32,000 nt of DNA. Origin: Nitrososphaerota archaeon. Its GTDB lineage: Archaea > Thermoproteota > Nitrososphaeria > Nitrososphaerales > UBA57. The stretch lies in NCBI GenBank assembly GCA_016871995.1, contig VHBL01000006.1:1-32000 (forward strand). Direction: 5' to 3'. Below, piece by piece: positions 15,678 to 23,454 of the stretch. The notes under the pieces are model-generated. The model was not told the origin of the DNA. It ran no database searches and saw nothing but the letters and a program-made list of their open reading frames with translations. Made by a program: the position numbers and the translations under genes. The number at the start of each line of letters is the position of its first letter. The stretch's first letter is position 1.

Positions 15678-16568
15678 ATGCTACTGGAGCCTAAAATGCA
15701 AGGCAGTTCATTTGCAAACTACTATGAACTGACAAAACCTAACATCTGGTATCTTCTGGTATTCACCGCTTTAGGTGCAGCCATAGCAGCAGGAGGATTG
15801 AAGAATCCTATAGGCGTAATATTGGTTATAGTTTCAACTGCTTTAGGTTCAGCAGGAGCAAATACTCTGACATGCTATATCGACAGAGATATTGACGCAA
15901 TCATGCAAAGAACAAAGCACAGGCCAATACCTTCTGGGAGGATCTCTCCTGCAAGGGCTCTTTATTTCGGCCTTGCCATATCAGCTCTTTCGATAGCACT
16001 TGCCCTGCTTCTCAATCCATTAAGCGCTCTGCTGATGTTTCTAGGCATCACGGACAATGTTGTAGTTTACAGCATGCTATTGAAGAGGAGGAACCCAATG
16101 AATATCATCCTTGGAGGTTTCTCTGGTGGTGCACCCGCACTGATAGGGTATGCAGGTATTACAAGTCAAATTTCGTTGGAGGCAATCCTTGTAGCATCAT
16201 TGGTGATGATATGGATTCCTGCGCACATCTGGAGCCTTTCTCTAAGGTTCAAGGACGATTATTCAAAGGTCAAAATTCCGATGATGCCGGTAATAACAAG
16301 TAATTCAACGGCGATCAGGGTAATTTCGTTCAGTTCCATACTTCTAGTAGTATTTTCATTGATACCATACGTGCTTGAAATATTTGGGTTGGTGTATCTA
16401 GTCAGCGCTGTAGTTCTTGGTGCTGGAATAATCTATCTTAGCATAAAGTTGCTCTTCCTCCCTACAGAAGAAAGAGCTTGGACGCTTTTTAAGTTCACGA
16501 GCCCGTATCTAGCCATAATCTTCGTTGCAATGATGGCCGATGCTGTGCTCAGGTCATCTTCTTTATAG
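15678..16568 (+). CDS. ctaB: Protoheme IX farnesyltransferase (heme O synthase, UbiA family)
   Basis: 296 aa polytopic protein. Asp-rich motif NTLTCYIDRDIDAIMQRTKHRPIPSG. Confidence 0.9.
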   Translation: MLLEPKMQGSSFANYYELTKPNIWYLLVFTALGAAIAAGGLKNPIGVILVIVSTALGSAGANTLTCYIDRDIDAIMQRTKHRPIPSGRISPARALYFGLAISALSIALALLLNPLSALLMFLGITDNVVVYSMLLKRRNPMNIILGGFSGGAPALIGYAGITSQISLEAILVASLVMIWIPAHIWSLSLRFKDDYSKVKIPMMPVITSNSTAIRVISFSSILLVVFSLIPYVLEIFGLVYLVSAVVLGAGIIYLSIKLLFLPTEERAWTLFKFTSPYLAIIFVAMMADAVLRSSSL

Positions 16569-16872
16569 CTTCTCTAAGCTCTTCTAAGCTCTTCCCTTCG
16601 ACATCGATTCCCAGAGCTCTTGCAGCCTTTTCCAATTTCTCTCTTTCTTCTTCCGAGTCCTTTTTGCCTAGTTTTTCAGTTTCCTTTGCAGATTCCACCT
16701 TACCCTTCTCGAATTCTCCCTTCGCCTTCCCCATAGATCTTGCAAGTTCTGGTATCTTCTTAGCACCGAAAAGCAGAAGGACGACTATTACGATCAAGAA
16801 AACCAGCTCTGTTGATCCTAGACCAGGTATTATCAGGATGTGTGTGTTAGACAACGCAACGAGATATAACAT
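16549..16872 (-). CDS. tatA: Twin-arginine translocase subunit TatA/E
   Basis: TM helix plus amphipathic helix: ELVFLIVIVVLLLFGAKKIPELARSMGKAKGEFEKG. The true start may be the in-frame TTG at 16854 (see finding). Confidence 0.85.
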   Translation of the reverse strand: MLYLVALSNTHILIIPGLGSTELVFLIVIVVLLLFGAKKIPELARSMGKAKGEFEKGKVESAKETEKLGKKDSEEEREKLEKAARALGIDVEGKSLEELREAIKKMT

Positions 16873-16876
16873 ACAT

Positions 16877-16911
16877 GTACTTTAGCATTACTAACAAAGA
16901 AATTAAAGTAC
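16877..16911. promoter_or_regulatory. Inverted repeat GTACTTTA-N19-TAAAGTAC in the tatA/rpl13e divergent promoter
   Basis: Perfect 8-bp arms (16877..16884 and 16904..16911). Each arm contains a TATA-like TTTA/TAAA core. Confidence 0.4.
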
Positions 16912-16930
16912 CTTCACACCAGCTGAGCGC

Positions 16931-17203
16931 ATGAGCAAGAAACCTGCGGCTCGAAAGCCGAAGGAAAAAGCAGCTGAAAAGAAACCAAAGATGCAGAAGC
17001 CTTCTGCTCCTGCTCCAGTAGCCAAGATTAGCACATGGGAACTAAAGGAGCGATTCCGTTCGGGGCGTGGTTTTTCAATGCAGGAGCTCAAGGAGGCTAA
17101 CATCTCTCTGGGCATGGCTAGGAAGTTAGGACTCTATGTTGACATTAAAAGGTCTACAAAAAGGGAAGAAAACATATCTGCACTGAAATCTTGGCTAAAG
17201 TAA
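16931..17203 (+). CDS. rpl13e: Ribosomal protein L13e
   Basis: 90 aa. GRGFSMQELKEANISLGMARKLGLYVDIKRST matches the L13e core (GRGFS..EL...G....A..LGI.VD.RR). Confidence 0.8.
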   Translation: MSKKPAARKPKEKAAEKKPKMQKPSAPAPVAKISTWELKERFRSGRGFSMQELKEANISLGMARKLGLYVDIKRSTKREENISALKSWLK

Positions 17204-18103
17204 AGTTCTTGCATAGTGGTAAATGTATTCTTGAGCATATCCTGCATATTTACCAAAATAATCCCGCATGGTCTTCGATATTATGTCATAATCTTTGAAA
17301 CTTAACGAACCTCTATGTCCTAGCTTGCTAAGAAATTCTTTGTCGAACAATCTGGCATATTGGTTAACAATAGTCCTGAGTATCCACACATCTATAGGCA
17401 AAGCTTCAAGCTTGTCAAGCGAAAATAATAGCACACAATCGGCTACTTTCGGACCTATTCCCTTGAAGATTTTCTTTTGCTGGAACTTTCTGAGTAATTC
17501 TTCTCTAGCTTCCCCGTAAGTATAAGTGCGGATTTTGTCGAAGATGGTAACGTCTTTAGCTATGACGTTTGCAGTAGCTTTAATGAACTCCGCCCTATAT
17601 CCCGCCTTGCAGTCACGTATTGATGCGACGCTAGCCTTTGCAAGCGTATCTGCACTTGGGAATGTATAGAATTCCTTAGCATCGAATGTCATGCGTTCTC
17701 CGAACGTTCTGCAGAGATTATCGAGCATTCTTTCAATTTGGGGTATGTTCGTGTTCGTAGCGCAAATGTAGCTCAGCATGCATTCCCATGGATCTTGACG
17801 CAGAATTCTAAGACCCCGGTACTTTTGCAGAGCGTGCGAAACGAACTTATCATGGCTTATTACCCTAGCGATTGATTTCAGGTCATCATCGAAACGGAAG
17901 TAGTTCTGGATTCTATCGTGCCAGTCTACTCCACTTGAGCCTGTAAATTCCAGATGCTCTCCAATCTGCCTGAGTTTTATTGCGCCATTGCCCAAAACAC
18001 CATGCCAATATTCTCCAATCTTCTTCCAGTGGAATACTTGCCCACATTCCAACGAATAATCAAGATTGAATGGTTCTGGAGTCTCAATCTTAGAAACTCG
18101 CAT
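17195..18103 (-). CDS. ogg: 8-oxoguanine DNA glycosylase/AP lyase, Ogg1-type (HhH-GPD)
   Basis: 302 aa. RILRQDPWECMLSYICATNTNI and GIGPKVADCVLLFSLDKLEALPIDVW parallel the eukaryotic OGG1 motifs. Confidence 0.85.
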   Translation of the reverse strand: MRVSKIETPEPFNLDYSLECGQVFHWKKIGEYWHGVLGNGAIKLRQIGEHLEFTGSSGVDWHDRIQNYFRFDDDLKSIARVISHDKFVSHALQKYRGLRILRQDPWECMLSYICATNTNIPQIERMLDNLCRTFGERMTFDAKEFYTFPSADTLAKASVASIRDCKAGYRAEFIKATANVIAKDVTIFDKIRTYTYGEAREELLRKFQQKKIFKGIGPKVADCVLLFSLDKLEALPIDVWILRTIVNQYARLFDKEFLSKLGHRGSLSFKDYDIISKTMRDYFGKYAGYAQEYIYHYARTLL

Positions 18104-18105
18104 TG

Positions 18106-18585
18106 CTAGGAATTCTGCTCACTTATCTTCCTAAGCCTTACGTTTAGTATTCCATTCACACATGTAGAACCTATTATTTCTACGGGATCAGCGAGTTCGA
18201 TTTCCTTTGCAAAATCGCCTGAACTCTTGACCCTAAGTTTTCCCTTCTTCAACTCTACCGAGACACTGGAATCTGGTCCGGGAACCTCGGCGACAAAAAT
18301 AATAGCATCGCTAGTCGGAATAAGATCGTACGTCCATCTTCTCTTTTGGTTATCAAATGGATTTGTGTTCTGCCTGAATATCTTCTTAAGTTCGAAAAGC
18401 CAGAATATTAACAACGCTCCTGCAAGTGCCGAAAGAACAATTGCCAGCAGTCCTCTTTGAAATCTTGTGATAACAACTACGATAACGCCAAGCATAGCTA
18501 TTCCTGCAACCATTAGTATTGAGTTTAGTACTGTGGCATAATTGGCCCCTTTTTTATTCACGGTATCCTCCTTTTCCCTTGGCAT
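18106..18585 (-). CDS. Membrane-anchored small heat-shock protein (Hsp20/alpha-crystallin domain)
   Basis: 159 aa. Two N-terminal TM helices (aa ~15-70), then an ACD-like region FVAEVPG...VSVELKKGKLRVKS...NGILNVRLRK. Confidence 0.7.
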   Translation of the reverse strand: MPREKEDTVNKKGANYATVLNSILMVAGIAMLGVIVVVITRFQRGLLAIVLSALAGALLIFWLFELKKIFRQNTNPFDNQKRRWTYDLIPTSDAIIFVAEVPGPDSSVSVELKKGKLRVKSSGDFAKEIELADPVEIIGSTCVNGILNVRLRKISEQNS

Positions 18586-18631
18586 ACGATACAGACTTTA
18601 TCACTATTAGAAGTCTTGCACATCATGTGTC

Positions 18632-18668
18632 CTTAATATGATTATGTGCGTTATTCAGACATATTAAG
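18632..18668. promoter_or_regulatory. Inverted repeat CTTAATATG-N19-CATATTAAG in the sHSP/CBS divergent promoter
   Basis: Perfect 9-bp arms (18632..18640 and 18660..18668). The arms are TATA-like. Confidence 0.4.
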
Positions 18669-18808
18669 CAAAGATAAACAGTCCACAATTAAAATAGGTG
18701 CAGGAATACGGTGAACGGGATACAGCAACTGAACAGTGTACCTGTTAATTCATTGATGAGTGAAGCCCTCTGACAGATCAGGAGACCGAGCTTTCTAAAG
18801 TAATAGGG

Positions 18809-19852
18809 ATGCTGAAGAAGAATGATTCCTACGAAATCTTCTCTGTTCAAGCAGGTAAGGTTCTAATGGTTACAGTTCGTGATTTGCTCAACGCCAAGAA
18901 TCTTTCAACGAGCAGGTTTTCAACCATAGCAGCAGTCGTACCAAAACTTTCTCCCGATGACAGGCTTGGCAGTGTAGTAAGGATTCTTAGCGAGTACAGA
19001 ATACGTGCCCTTCCTGTCGTTCAGAAGGGGAAGGTGGAAGGGGCATTGAAGATTAGGGATATCGTCAAAATGATGCAAGATTCCATGTCTTCCAGCGTTA
19101 AGGTATCAGCTATAATGACCCCGAATCCAATAACTATTGACTCTGGCGACACTGCTCTGAAGGCCAAGAATTTGATGCTGAGAAGAAAGATAGATCATTT
19201 GCCGATAATGAGGAATGGCAAACTTGCAGGCATTGTGGATTCGGATTCAATCTTATATGCCATAAGGTCTCCTGAAAGGCAGCCTGTGGCGTGGGGTTCT
19301 AGTACTTTTGAAATGAAAAGGACGCTGAACTTCCCTGTAGACGAAATAATGAGTGGTCATGCTCTGGAGGTTGCTCCAAATGATTCACTGCAGAAGCTTA
19401 TCGCAGAGATGCTCAAGGCGGGGACCAACGCGGCTTTGGTAACATGGGCTCATGAGCTGCAAGGCATAGTTACGTTCAGGGACGTTGTCAAGATTCTTGC
19501 AGAGAAATCGAAACAAGAGCCGCAGGTGTATATTGTCGGTTTGCCAGACGACCCATTTGAATCTGAGACCGCAAAAACGAAGTTTTCCAGAATAGTGGCA
19601 ACGCTGTCGAAGAGCATGAGGATAATCGAGGCTAGAGCCAAGATAAAAATGCAGAAGACTTCAAAAGATAGGGAAAGGCGAAGGTATCAAGTAATGGTTT
19701 CGATAGCGACAGTAAATAACATATACAACTTTTCTAGAGAAGGTTTTCAGCTATCTGATATATTCGATCAGCTGCAGCAGAGCATAAAGCGAATTAATGT
19801 AAAAAGGCCGAAGACGAAACCTACTGCACGTAAGATGTCTGAAACTGAATAG
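18809..19852 (+). CDS. Multi-CBS (Bateman) domain protein with a C-terminal HPF/RaiA-like domain; the 5' end is probably truncated by a frameshift
   Basis: 347 aa. CBS-type repeats (e.g. IMTPNPITIDSGDTALKAKNLMLRRKIDHLPIM.NGKLAGIV). C-terminal aa 238-335 have a b-a-b-b-b-a pattern. An upstream fragment at 18711..18773 in another frame continues the first CBS motif. Confidence 0.75.
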   Translation: MLKKNDSYEIFSVQAGKVLMVTVRDLLNAKNLSTSRFSTIAAVVPKLSPDDRLGSVVRILSEYRIRALPVVQKGKVEGALKIRDIVKMMQDSMSSSVKVSAIMTPNPITIDSGDTALKAKNLMLRRKIDHLPIMRNGKLAGIVDSDSILYAIRSPERQPVAWGSSTFEMKRTLNFPVDEIMSGHALEVAPNDSLQKLIAEMLKAGTNAALVTWAHELQGIVTFRDVVKILAEKSKQEPQVYIVGLPDDPFESETAKTKFSRIVATLSKSMRIIEARAKIKMQKTSKDRERRRYQVMVSIATVNNIYNFSREGFQLSDIFDQLQQSIKRINVKRPKTKPTARKMSETE

Positions 19853-19900
19853 AAATTAGAACCGAAGAGGCTTTATTCAATGGAGTCTATGTCTGCATGA

Positions 19901-21334
19901 TTGAAACTATTACTTTGCATGATGCTAGTATCGTTCCTCGTTCTTCCTACAGTCTTAGCCCAAGCCAACGATAATTCTCCATACATTGAGGAGTTTCCTG
20001 TTCCCAAACCATACCTCGGTCCTCTTGCGATAACCTATCACGAAGGAAATATTTGGTTCACTCTTGATGGTTCAAATGCTATAGGCGTTTTTAGCACTAA
20101 CAACAAATCTTTTAGAATGTACAGTCTACCTTGGCAGCCGACAAAACAGGCGGCACAGTATGGTATGGAGGGAATTGCTGTTGATAAAGATGGCATGGTT
20201 TGGTTCACTCATTCAAGTACATCACGAATAGGTAGATTCAATCCGCAATCCCAGATGTTTTCTGGAATAGTTGTAAGGCCCAACGCATCAATATTCAGAG
20301 TACTTCCTGACAAGGCTGGTAATATTTGGTACAGCGACGTTCAGAATAATAAGATAGGTCTTGTTTCACCCGAAGGTGCAGCAAGAGAATTTGATTTACC
20401 AACTGCAAAATCAGGCCCTGCTGGTCTGTTTTTTGATTCGTCTGGCAAGTTGTGGTTTACTGAAACCTTTGCAAAGAAGGTAGGAGTGCTAGACATTCAG
20501 AGCAGTTCGATAACAGAGTTTCCCGCACCGCGAGACTTCATCAACTCTCCTGTAGGCATAGTAGTCGACAACGCTGGCATTGTATGGGTCGCAGACCATG
20601 GGGGTGCTGCAATAGTGCGGTTCGATCCTAAAAACAATACGTGGAACAAGTTTATCACTTCAAGGCCTCCTCCAGACTTGTTCCCTGTATCCCTTCCAAA
20701 CGATCTTTTGTTGGACAGGCAGGGTAATATCTGGATTACAGAGCATGGTGGGAACAAGATTGCAAGGTTCGACCCCAAAACGAGCCTTCTTACTGAATAC
20801 CTCATTCCCAGTTTGCCTGCAATAACACTGTGGCTTACAATAGATGATGCTGCAAATATATGGTTTGCAGAGGCCGAGGGAGGTAAAATAGGTAAGCTTG
20901 ATACGAAAAAGCCGGTGCCGTTTACTATATCTATTCCTGCTGATACCGTTTCTATATCTGCGGGCAAAGAAGCAATCTTCTCTGCAAACGTAGAATCATC
21001 GCAAACTATTAACAAAATTTCTATGCTGAGCTATGGCTTTCCAACTGCGCTAAATGTCACCGCAAAGATCAAGGAACTTCCTGTTCAGCGTGGAGGTTCG
21101 CAGACTATTGATTTCTTGGTTAGCATCAGGCACGAAATAGATCAGGGGAAATATGGCTTTGCGATCAGTGCGAGCGATGGAAAGGTTCTCCAGACCAGAA
21201 CCATAACAATCGATGTCGAGGCTTCAAGACCTAATCAAGACTTGGTTGTCTACACTTCTGTTGGCATTGCAGGTGTGACTATTGCAGCAATAGTAGTGTT
21301 CTTACTCGTATTCAGACGCGTATGGAGAAGCTAA
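19901..21334 (+). CDS. Secreted, C-terminally membrane-anchored seven-bladed beta-propeller (Vgb/streptogramin-lyase-like repeats) with an Ig/CARDB-like stalk
   Basis: 477 aa. Signal peptide, then 7 repeats of the x-[IVL]-W-[FYIV]-[TSA] motif with Trp at aa 52, 101, 143, 185, 229, 277 and 321. Beta-rich region at 340-440 and a TM helix at 451-471. Confidence 0.75.
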   Translation: MKLLLCMMLVSFLVLPTVLAQANDNSPYIEEFPVPKPYLGPLAITYHEGNIWFTLDGSNAIGVFSTNNKSFRMYSLPWQPTKQAAQYGMEGIAVDKDGMVWFTHSSTSRIGRFNPQSQMFSGIVVRPNASIFRVLPDKAGNIWYSDVQNNKIGLVSPEGAAREFDLPTAKSGPAGLFFDSSGKLWFTETFAKKVGVLDIQSSSITEFPAPRDFINSPVGIVVDNAGIVWVADHGGAAIVRFDPKNNTWNKFITSRPPPDLFPVSLPNDLLLDRQGNIWITEHGGNKIARFDPKTSLLTEYLIPSLPAITLWLTIDDAANIWFAEAEGGKIGKLDTKKPVPFTISIPADTVSISAGKEAIFSANVESSQTINKISMLSYGFPTALNVTAKIKELPVQRGGSQTIDFLVSIRHEIDQGKYGFAISASDGKVLQTRTITIDVEASRPNQDLVVYTSVGIAGVTIAAIVVFLLVFRRVWRS

Positions 21335-22104
21335 AGCAGTTTTAGAGTCATCAGTATCCTGTCAAATGATTCTCTTGACCTGCCGTTTTTGTAGTTCCTC
21401 AAAACCGCAACAATGTCAGAAACATCAGTAAGCCCAAGCCTTCTCCTTATTGTTGATGCCACAGGTCCTCCGATGAGAAGGTACTGAGCGGCTGCAGTGA
21501 CATTTGACACTCTTCGGGTAAGGCTTGCAGTTTCAAAATCAAGTATGGTTGTCCTATCGCCAACTATCACATGCTTTCGAAGGTTGCTCAACTCGCCATG
21601 ATCTAGCCTTATAGAATCCAATGCAAAACACTGCTGCAGTATCTCCCGAATGCGACCTCTCAGCACGCCAGTCGAACCCTTGCCTTGGAGACCCTTGACC
21701 CATTGCAAGATATCGGTTCCATCTGCAAGCTCCATAGCTATTACATTTCTTGACGCTGCAAAGACCGTCGGCCCGACCCCTGCCTTGTTTGCAAGTCCCA
21801 GCAGTTGTACTTCCCTAGCAACACTGGGCCTGTTCGAATCGGTTCTGCGTATCTTCAATACAACCTTTCTCTCAGCTAATAGGGCCTTGACGACTAAGCT
21901 TGTGCACCCTTTGCCCAGCACTCGCACATTGCCTATCCTGACATTGCCGGAGAATTCCACCTTTTTTACTCCTAAACTTCTGAGCTCGTTTATCCTGCTC
22001 TTGCACGTTCGAGAATCTCCTCTAGGGTATGCTAGAATGTTATTCCAAGGTTGCTCAGCAAGACCTTCAATCGAAACAAGCGATGACTCTGTTTGTTGAA
22101 GCAA
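21331..22104 (-). CDS. Archaeal RIO/Bud32-like predicted Ser/Thr protein kinase (COG2112-like)
   Basis: 257 aa. LGKGCTSLVVKA...VVLKIRR (ATP-binding Lys), DHGELSNLRKHVIV (catalytic loop) and ILDFETAS (metal-binding DFx). Confidence 0.65.
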   Translation of the reverse strand: MLQQTESSLVSIEGLAEQPWNNILAYPRGDSRTCKSRINELRSLGVKKVEFSGNVRIGNVRVLGKGCTSLVVKALLAERKVVLKIRRTDSNRPSVAREVQLLGLANKAGVGPTVFAASRNVIAMELADGTDILQWVKGLQGKGSTGVLRGRIREILQQCFALDSIRLDHGELSNLRKHVIVGDRTTILDFETASLTRRVSNVTAAAQYLLIGGPVASTIRRRLGLTDVSDIVAVLRNYKNGRSRESFDRILMTLKLL

Positions 22105-23452
22105 TCTCTGCTACGGCCTCCTTCAACCATTTTCTGCTATTTGCAAATTGCAAAATCTCTTTACCAACAAGTATGCGGTTCGTTGTCCTAACTTCTTCGC
22201 GCAGACCTGCGGAGATTCCTGATGATGCGATGCTGGAGCCTAGAATGAACTCCAGAGTGTCTGCAATATTTAGGAAATCTCTTTTATTCAATGAATGTAC
22301 CTTTCCGTCCGTGCCTATCCATAGAAGATCTGACCTCCTTTTGTTTGCTTCAGCGAATTTTATGCTATCTTGGGAGAATGTAGTTTCTGGTCCTGCTCTA
22401 TCCTTCCTTTGTGAAAGTTCGGTATCTTCTAAAAGGAACAGAAATGCGCTTTCCTTTTTGTCGCTACTGGCAGATATGCTACGCAACACGTGGAAGTCTT
22501 TCTCTGCTAAATGCATTTCAAGATGGTAGAGACTCTTATTCAGCTGCCCCCAAAGTTTATCGACTGTTCTTTCTTGATGTTTGAAGGTAACTACTACAAC
22601 ATTACCCAGATTCTGACTTTTTAATTGTAGAAGATGTTTTCGGCTAAAGAAACTTGCGCTTGGCCTCTCGAGGAAGAGGCCCGCACCAAATATGAACTCT
22701 GCTACTCTCTGCTTCGAAATAGCAGCTCCAAGATTTCTTCGGGGGTCTACAGGGTCTAGGATTATTAGCGGAGTGTTGTGTAGATTGGCATATATCTTGT
22801 CGCTCTCTGCAGGTACTATACTCTCGCCAAACTTGATCGCACGGACGTTTCTCAAAACCTCAAGAAAGCTCCCAAATTTCAGAATCAAAACTTCGGCGAC
22901 ATATCCGCTGAAACCCCGTGTTTTAATTTCTGCACCATAAATTCTCAAACCCTTCAGAAAACTCTTAAGCAGTCTAGTTTCTCGTTTCATATCAGCGTTG
23001 AATTTCCGCTTTATCAGTTCTGTGTGATATGGAGACCTATCGGCAGCACTCTTCCATTCTCCAATTGGGACATCATAGCAAGCAACAATATTGGTCTTAA
23101 TTCCTTCAACCCAAGCCTCAACGTACGGATGTTCAGAATAACGGAGATATGGAGAATACCCATGCAGCGCCTGCTTGCCTATTTCTATACCAAGTTTACC
23201 AAGCTCAGCCTTGTTTAGATCTGGTGGGACCTTTACGAATATATCAATGTCAGCGTCCCCAGCAACCCATGTTCCTTTAGCAAAGGATCCTGCAAGCAAA
23301 GGTGTAATCTGCATCTTTTTGTTCTTGCTGGCGTTTTGAACCCTCCGCATAAGATGTTTTGTTATTTTGGCTATTCTTTCCTCTTCCTGTTTGGATGGTT
23401 CAGAGCGCTTTATTTGAGCTGCGATTATCTTTGCGAGAGTAGCCTGCGACAA
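22067..23452 (-). CDS. cca: CCA-adding tRNA nucleotidyltransferase, archaeal class I
   Basis: 461 aa with a TTG start. Pol-beta motif GSFAKGTWVAGDADIDIFV. The start lies 2 nt after the thpR stop codon (23455..23457). Confidence 0.9.
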   Translation of the reverse strand: MSQATLAKIIAAQIKRSEPSKQEEERIAKITKHLMRRVQNASKNKKMQITPLLAGSFAKGTWVAGDADIDIFVKVPPDLNKAELGKLGIEIGKQALHGYSPYLRYSEHPYVEAWVEGIKTNIVACYDVPIGEWKSAADRSPYHTELIKRKFNADMKRETRLLKSFLKGLRIYGAEIKTRGFSGYVAEVLILKFGSFLEVLRNVRAIKFGESIVPAESDKIYANLHNTPLIILDPVDPRRNLGAAISKQRVAEFIFGAGLFLERPSASFFSRKHLLQLKSQNLGNVVVVTFKHQERTVDKLWGQLNKSLYHLEMHLAEKDFHVLRSISASSDKKESAFLFLLEDTELSQRKDRAGPETTFSQDSIKFAEANKRRSDLLWIGTDGKVHSLNKRDFLNIADTLEFILGSSIASSGISAGLREEVRTTNRILVGKEILQFANSRKWLKEAVAEIASTNRVIACFD

Positions 23453-23454
23453 AG

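Noticed and set aside
18753-18815. C/D-box sRNA look-alike: TGATGA (18754..18759), CTGA (18770..18773) and CTGA (18812..18815)
   Set aside because: The C-to-D' spacing is only 10 nt instead of the strongly conserved ~12 nt, and no C' box is present. The first base is U rather than a purine. The whole stretch is better explained as CBS-domain coding sequence in two frames (see the frameshift finding).
20497-21015. 172-aa minus-strand ORF inside the propeller gene
   Set aside because: It is the antisense shadow of a well-supported repeat-containing CDS and has no motifs.
21650-22529. Plus-strand ORFs of 149 and 166 aa across the kinase/cca region
   Set aside because: They are antisense to two confidently called genes. 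They have Ser/Leu/Pro-rich composition and no recognisable domains.
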